Part shown: positions 58,862-64,000 of the stretch, one piece after another
Numbering within the stretch: position 1 is the first letter of the stretch
How the letters are laid out: each line of letters starts with the position of its first letter
Source of the DNA: Chloroflexota bacterium
Lineage (GTDB): Bacteria; Chloroflexota; Dehalococcoidia; Dehalococcoidales; JACQON01
NCBI GenBank assembly: GCA_016202545.1
Contig: JACQON010000028.1
Span: forward strand, 56,476-120,475
Reading direction: 5' to 3'
Length of the DNA: 64,000 bases
Notes under the pieces: generated by a model
Told to the model about the DNA's origin: nothing
The model's database searches: none
Seen by the model: the letters and a program-made list of their open reading frames with translations, nothing else
Program-made: the position numbers and the translations under genes

Positions 58862-59509
58862 ATGGCATGGGAGACCAAATTTCCTGAGGATTCCGATACT
58901 CAGTATCCGCCTGAGGAGTACCGCCCGGATAAATTTCACTATCCCTGGCCGGGACATAAGGTGCTGGTAACCGTGGAAAGGGTATACGGTTGCTGCCCGG
59001 TAACCGTTGAAGGCGACAGGATGATGTTCAGCGATGTCGCCAGCCCGGTGTTTGACGAATGTGACATATCCAGCGATTCGCCGCTGTTTCTGGGCAGCAC
59101 GGTCAAGGGCACCAGAACGGGCACCCTTTGTACCGTGGCCCTGAAGGCGATATACCCTTATATCATAGCCATGGACTACGGGGTAAGCGCCGTAGACCTG
59201 GGCATCGCTGAGAGCGGTGAGGACGGTTTTATTGTCTGCGCCGCCTGGGGGCCTCCCAACTGCGAGGCGCAGGTCATCTTCAGGCTGCACCCCATCCCGG
59301 TGGAGAAATGCGGCACCGACATGCTGTACGAGTACCTGGCCCAGGCCGGGCACGTGGGTGTGCCATCGTATTATCTGGAGACCTTTGCCAGCGACGCCAC
59401 CAAGGAGGAGCGGAAGCGTAAGATAGAGGAGTGGAAGAAGGCCGGCAAGCCCAAATTCTGGGAGGGCTGGAGGAATCCGCCGTGTCAGCCCAGGCGAAAG
59501 GATGCCTAG
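58862..59509 (+). CDS. Extended TIGR04076-like Cys protein
   Basis: 'VTVERVYGCCPVTVEGD', 'LCTVAL..IYPY', 'C....PPNC..VIF'. Confidence 0.65.
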   Translation: MAWETKFPEDSDTQYPPEEYRPDKFHYPWPGHKVLVTVERVYGCCPVTVEGDRMMFSDVASPVFDECDISSDSPLFLGSTVKGTRTGTLCTVALKAIYPYIIAMDYGVSAVDLGIAESGEDGFIVCAAWGPPNCEAQVIFRLHPIPVEKCGTDMLYEYLAQAGHVGVPSYYLETFASDATKEERKRKIEEWKKAGKPKFWEGWRNPPCQPRRKDA

Positions 59510-60766
59510 TTGTCACAGGAGGGAAACGTGAAGCTGGAAAACGAATTTGCCCTGGTCGGAGCTACCCTGATTGACGGAAATGGCGGCCCTCCGCGCCGGG
59601 ACGTCACCATCATGGTGAAGGACGGCGTGATTCAGAAGGTAGCCGCCGGCAAAAGGGGGGTAAAGTCGGGGCCGCGGCTGCAGCGGGTTGACCTGGACGG
59701 ACGCTTTGTCATGCCCGGGTTGATAGACAGTCATCTCCACTTTACCGGCACCGCCAGCGACGACCCCGTAACCTGGCTCAGTGAGCCGAACTACCTGAGG
59801 GCGATAAGGACGGTGGCCCAGGCCCACAAGGTGCTCGATTTCGGCTTCACCACGGTAAGGTGCTGCGGCTCAAGATGCGACGTCTATTTGAGGCAGGCCA
59901 TCGAGGAGGGAACGGTAGCCGGCCCCAGGATAGTGGCCTGCGGACTGGGCATTTGCCGGACGGGGGGACACGGGGATATACGCCGGGACATCTACCAGGT
60001 TTCCGATGAGGTGCTCAACGAGACCCATCCCTGGGCGCAGCGGTGCGATGGAGTGGAAGAGATTCGCAAGGCGGTGCGGCGGCTGATAAACCAGGGGGTT
60101 GATTTTATCAAGTTCTGGATGTCAGGCGGCGATGCCTGGGAGAAGGACAGGAACGATGACGTGCACTTCACCCCGGAAGAGGCCGGCGCCATAGTGCAGG
60201 AGGCGCACATGTGCCGGCTGAAAGTCGCCGCTCACTGTGAGAATATCCGGGCCATTAAAGCCGCCATCGAGGTCGGAGTGGACACCATTGAGCATGCCGA
60301 TATGATTGCCGGTGCGCCGGGGCTGGACGAGGAAACTTGCCGACGTCTGGTAAAGAAAAATATCATCATCGTGCCCACGCTCTCCGTCTATTTTGTCGGC
60401 GCCTGGGCGGTAAAGGCCCTGCCGCAGAACGTTGTTGATAGCTACAAGCTGGCAATCAAGAGCGGAGTGAAGCTTGCCCTGGGGACGGACGCCTTTGCCG
60501 ACCGCGTTACACCCTATGGCCAATACAATGCCGGAGAGCTAAAGCTGATGACGGATATTCTGGGATTGACACCCATGCAGGCCATCGTGTCGGCGACCAA
60601 AGTAGGCGCAGAGGCAGTCGGCCTTCAGGACAGGGTTGGCACGGTAGAGGAAGGCAAGCTGGCAGACCTGCTTGTCCTCAAAGGAAATCCGGCGGAGGAC
60701 ATCGCCGTGCTCCTGGACCGGGACAACATTGAGCACGTAATAAAGCAGGGGAAACTGGTCAGATAA
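59510..60766 (+). CDS. Metal-dependent amidohydrolase (prolidase-like subgroup)
   Basis: 'PGLIDSHLH', 'IK', 'AAH', 'IEHA', 'GTD'. Confidence 0.9.
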   Translation: MSQEGNVKLENEFALVGATLIDGNGGPPRRDVTIMVKDGVIQKVAAGKRGVKSGPRLQRVDLDGRFVMPGLIDSHLHFTGTASDDPVTWLSEPNYLRAIRTVAQAHKVLDFGFTTVRCCGSRCDVYLRQAIEEGTVAGPRIVACGLGICRTGGHGDIRRDIYQVSDEVLNETHPWAQRCDGVEEIRKAVRRLINQGVDFIKFWMSGGDAWEKDRNDDVHFTPEEAGAIVQEAHMCRLKVAAHCENIRAIKAAIEVGVDTIEHADMIAGAPGLDEETCRRLVKKNIIIVPTLSVYFVGAWAVKALPQNVVDSYKLAIKSGVKLALGTDAFADRVTPYGQYNAGELKLMTDILGLTPMQAIVSATKVGAEAVGLQDRVGTVEEGKLADLLVLKGNPAEDIAVLLDRDNIEHVIKQGKLVR

Positions 60767-60826
60767 GAAGACCGGGGACATGCGTACAGAGAAGCCCGAC
60801 CGGAGACAAAGGAGGAGGTGTGACGT

Positions 60827-62314
60827 ATGGCGCTTCTTGAAGAGCCGATAAAAGAGGTAATGCAGCTTAAGAACTTCATCGCCGGTGAATGGGTTGAGTC
60901 CAAAGGCGAGCTTCAGGACGTGGTGAACCCGGCCACCTGTCAGCCGCTGGCCAGGGTGCCGATGTCAACCAGGGACGAGGTCAATGCCGCAGTGCAGGCG
61001 GCCAGGGAGGCTTTCCCTGACTGGAGGCGGACGACCCCGCTGGCCAGGGTGAGGTGCCTGTTCAGGCTCAAAGAGCTGCTGGAGGAGCATTTTGAGGAGC
61101 TGAGCCGGGTCCAGACACAGGAGCATGGCAAGACCATTGATGAATCGAGAGGGGAGACCAGGCGCGGCGCCGAAATGGTTGAGGTCGCTACCGGGATTCC
61201 CTCCCTGATGATGGGATATAACCTGGAGGACATCGCCAGCGGCATCGACGAGTATGTCATATACCAGCCGCTGGGTGTCTTCTGTCATATCGCGCCTTTC
61301 AATTTTCCGTTCATGGTGCCGCTGTGGTTCTCGCCTTTCGCCGTGGCCACCGGAAACACCTTCGTGGTGAAACCCTCTCCCAGGGACCCTATCAGCCAGG
61401 TGAAGCTGGCCGAGCTGATAGATGAGTCTGGCTTTCCGCCCGGCGTGTACAATCTTGTCCAGGGGGGCGCGGAGGCGGCGCTGGCCTTGCTGGAGCACCC
61501 GGATGTCAAAGGGGCCACTTTTGTTGGCACCACCGGGATAGGGAAGGACGTCTACCGGAAGTGCGGCGAAACGGGCAAGAGGGCGATTGTCCAGGCCAGC
61601 GCCAAAAACTTTTTGCTGGTGATGCCGGATGCCAGCGTGCAGGGGACAATGCCAGCCCTGATGACGTCCTTCTTCGGCAACACCGGCCAGAGATGTCTCT
61701 CCGGGGCCAACCTGGTCATCGTGGGCGATGATGACGCCTTCTACCGGAAGTTCCTGGACGCCTTTGTTAATACCGCCTCCAGGATAAGGGTGGGCTACGG
61801 CCTTGACGAGTCCATCCAGATGGGGCCGATGCAGTCACTGGACGGCAAAAAGAGGGTGCTGGGATACATAGAAAAGGGGATAGCGGAAGGGGCCAGGCTT
61901 GTCCTGGATGGCAGGAAGCCGGCGGTCATCGGCGGTTATCCTGACGACCATTTCCTCAATCCCACCGTCTTCGTGGATGTCATGCCTGACATGGCTATCG
62001 CCACGGAGGAAATCTTCGGCCCGGTGGCCTGCGTGTTGCGGGTCAAGAATCTCGACGAAGCCATAGAGATGGTGAACAGCAGCAATTTTGGCAATGCTAG
62101 CTCCATTTTCACCTCGAGTGGCAAGGCGGCCAGGGAATTCCAGTACCGGGTTGAGACCGGCAATGTGGGCATAAACCTGGGCATAGTCGCTCCCATGGCC
62201 TTCTTCCCCTTCAGCGGCATGAAGGACTCCTTCTTCGGTACCCTACACGGGCAGGGCCGGGATGCCGTCCGCTTCTTCACCGAGAGCAAGGTCGTCGTTC
62301 AGAGGTGGCTATAG
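60827..62314 (+). CDS. mmsA: CoA-acylating (methyl)malonate-semialdehyde dehydrogenase
   Basis: 'PFNFP.MVPLW', 'AKN', 'GQRCL', 'EEIFGPV', 'FFPFSG'. Confidence 0.92.
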   Translation: MALLEEPIKEVMQLKNFIAGEWVESKGELQDVVNPATCQPLARVPMSTRDEVNAAVQAAREAFPDWRRTTPLARVRCLFRLKELLEEHFEELSRVQTQEHGKTIDESRGETRRGAEMVEVATGIPSLMMGYNLEDIASGIDEYVIYQPLGVFCHIAPFNFPFMVPLWFSPFAVATGNTFVVKPSPRDPISQVKLAELIDESGFPPGVYNLVQGGAEAALALLEHPDVKGATFVGTTGIGKDVYRKCGETGKRAIVQASAKNFLLVMPDASVQGTMPALMTSFFGNTGQRCLSGANLVIVGDDDAFYRKFLDAFVNTASRIRVGYGLDESIQMGPMQSLDGKKRVLGYIEKGIAEGARLVLDGRKPAVIGGYPDDHFLNPTVFVDVMPDMAIATEEIFGPVACVLRVKNLDEAIEMVNSSNFGNASSIFTSSGKAAREFQYRVETGNVGINLGIVAPMAFFPFSGMKDSFFGTLHGQGRDAVRFFTESKVVVQRWL

Positions 62315-62758
62315 ATGGAGCTGAATACCACCTCCCAGGTCGTCAGCTTCGCCAGGGACCTTGAGGAGCTCGGCGCCAGGTTCTATGAAAGCCTGACCCG
62401 GCGGCATTCCGGCGACGCGGAGGTCTGGCGGCACCTTGCCAGCGAGAACAGGAAGAACGTGACACAGGTTGAGCGGGCATACTACGGGGTCATTAGTGAC
62501 GCCCTCGAGGGCTGTTTTTCCTTTGCCATAGACCCGGACAAGTACGCTATTGAGGCTGAGCCAGCCGGTGGTGCTAGCTATCATGAGACTGTGAAAAGGG
62601 CGGTCGAGATGGAGGAGAAAATCGTCAGGTTCTACCTGGAGGCGGCGGAACAATCGAAGTCTTTGATGGCGGATGTTCCCCATGCCTTCACCCTGGTGGC
62701 AAAGAAGAGGAACAGCCGCATACCAAAGCTGATGGCCCTACTGGGCAAGGAGGGCTGA
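62315..62758 (+). CDS. Ferritin-like four-helix protein with degenerate metal ligands
   Basis: 'LEE....FYE', 'AVEMEE....FY' repeats; His ligands absent. Confidence 0.6.
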   Translation: MELNTTSQVVSFARDLEELGARFYESLTRRHSGDAEVWRHLASENRKNVTQVERAYYGVISDALEGCFSFAIDPDKYAIEAEPAGGASYHETVKRAVEMEEKIVRFYLEAAEQSKSLMADVPHAFTLVAKKRNSRIPKLMALLGKEG

Positions 62759-62953
62759 ATGGCCGACGTGGTGGAAAAACGGCGCGTTCATTGCGCCCGG
62801 AGACACGTCAGCGTCTTCGTGGTCAGGTGGGACAACGGCAGCTTCAGCATCAAGTGCAGCCTGCTCAAAGCCTGCGGCGATTCCTGTCCCTACCTGGAAA
62901 ATCCCGATTATAAGAGCGAGTTCAGGAGCTCTCCGGAGTATAAGCCCGGGTAG
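62759..62953 (+). CDS. Small four-Cys hypothetical protein
   Basis: Abuts the upstream stop; GGAGG RBS. Confidence 0.55.
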   Translation: MADVVEKRRVHCARRHVSVFVVRWDNGSFSIKCSLLKACGDSCPYLENPDYKSEFRSSPEYKPG

Positions 62954-62995
62954 CTCTGGGCTGCCTTTGTGGGTGTTCGAAAGGGGGGTGACACT

Positions 62996-64000
62996 ATGAA
63001 TACAGTGGAGAAATACCGGGAGTACGTGAATACCAGCATGCTTACGGGCGTTGTGCCGGTGGTGTTTGAGCGGGCCGAGGGGGCAACGGTATTCGGCGAG
63101 GATGGGCGTAAATACCTGGACTGCTTCGCCGGAATCTCGGTTACCAACGCCGGGCACGGTAATCCCGAGGTGCTTGATGCCGCCAGGGCCCAGCTTGGCA
63201 GGTATGTCCATTGCTGCTCCTATGTCTATTACAATAAGCCCATGGCTGACCTGGCGGAAAAGCTGGCGCGGATTACGCCGGGCCGGCTGAAGAAGTCCTT
63301 TTTCACTAGCGGCGGCGCCGAGGCCATGGAAGGCGCGATGCGGATGGCCAAGACATATACCGGGAAGCGCGAGTTCATCGCCCTCCAGGCTTCCTTTCAC
63401 GGCCGCACCTATGCCACCCTGAGCATAACCGGCAACTGCGCCCGCAAGAAGCGGGCCGGGCCGTATATGCCGGGGGTCAGCTTTGCACCGGTCCCCTACT
63501 GCTACCGGTGCGCCTTCGGCCTGGAGCCGGAGACCTGCGGGACGCGCTGCGCCGAGTATGTGGAGGACATTATCCGGTTCGATACCTACAATGACATCGC
63601 CGCCTTCGTCGCCGAGCCGGTGCTGGGTGAGGGCGGCATTATCGTCCCGCCCGAGCCGTACTTCAAGAAGGTGAAGGAGGTGCTCGACCGCCACGGCATC
63701 CTGCTCTTTATTGACGAGGTGCAGACGGGGTTTGCCAGGACGGGCAAGATGTTCGCCATAGAGCACTATGGCGTTGAGCCTGACATAATGGCTATGGCCA
63801 AGGGAATCGCCAACGGCTTCCCGCTGGGCGCTTTCATCGCTCCGGATGATATTGCCGATAGTTTCCAGCCCGGCGAGCACCTGAGCACCTTTGGCGGTAA
63901 CCCGGTCAGTTGCGCCGCGGGGCTGGCCAGCATCAACTTCCTGGAGCGGGAGAAGATGGCCGACCAGGCCACGGCGAAGGGAAACCGGTTCAAAGAAGGG
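62996..64000 (+). CDS. Class III PLP aminotransferase (omega-amino acid type), runs off the window edge
   Basis: Translated by hand: MNTVEKYREY...YLDCFAG...GHGNP...FHGRT...DEVQTGFARTG...MAKG...STFGGNP. Confidence 0.92.
   Translation, partial: MNTVEKYREYVNTSMLTGVVPVVFERAEGATVFGEDGRKYLDCFAGISVTNAGHGNPEVLDAARAQLGRYVHCCSYVYYNKPMADLAEKLARITPGRLKKSFFTSGGAEAMEGAMRMAKTYTGKREFIALQASFHGRTYATLSITGNCARKKRAGPYMPGVSFAPVPYCYRCAFGLEPETCGTRCAEYVEDIIRFDTYNDIAAFVAEPVLGEGGIIVPPEPYFKKVKEVLDRHGILLFIDEVQTGFARTGKMFAIEHYGVEPDIMAMAKGIANGFPLGAFIAPDDIADSFQPGEHLSTFGGNPVSCAAGLASINFLEREKMADQATAKGNRFKEG

Overview
GC-rich bacterial chromosomal window with gene content and order typical of an anaerobic Dehalococcoidia/Chloroflexota organism (inference). 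Left to right it holds: a HerA helicase module; a miniaturised patatin remnant; pfkB; an O2/metal-stress cluster (ferritin-like proteins, flavin reductase-rubredoxin, FprA, SOD, cupredoxin); a P-type ATPase; mnmA; tRNA-Arg directly followed by porCDAB and a HydC/HydB/HydA-N-like (Bfu-type) module with no catalytic subunit; ftsH; an island with a class III CoA-transferase and two QueG/reductive-dehalogenase-like paralogues around a small unknown gene; housekeeping genes (metG, rsmI, guaB-like, tRNA-Thr with an att scar, tyrS, ribF); a corrinoid activator (DUF4445); a ~13 kb Rrf2-led sulfur/Fe-S operon; and a catabolic operon (PreA-like flavoenzyme with altered substrate residues, two TIGR04076-like proteins, amidohydrolase, MmsA, class III aminotransferase). 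Several nested MITE/REP-like repeats are present. The best candidates for undescribed biology are the catabolic operon at 57-64 kb, the QueG-like pair at 25-28 kb, and AT-rich in-frame patches in both aminoacyl-tRNA synthetase genes. All calls come from reading motifs by eye; no searches were run.
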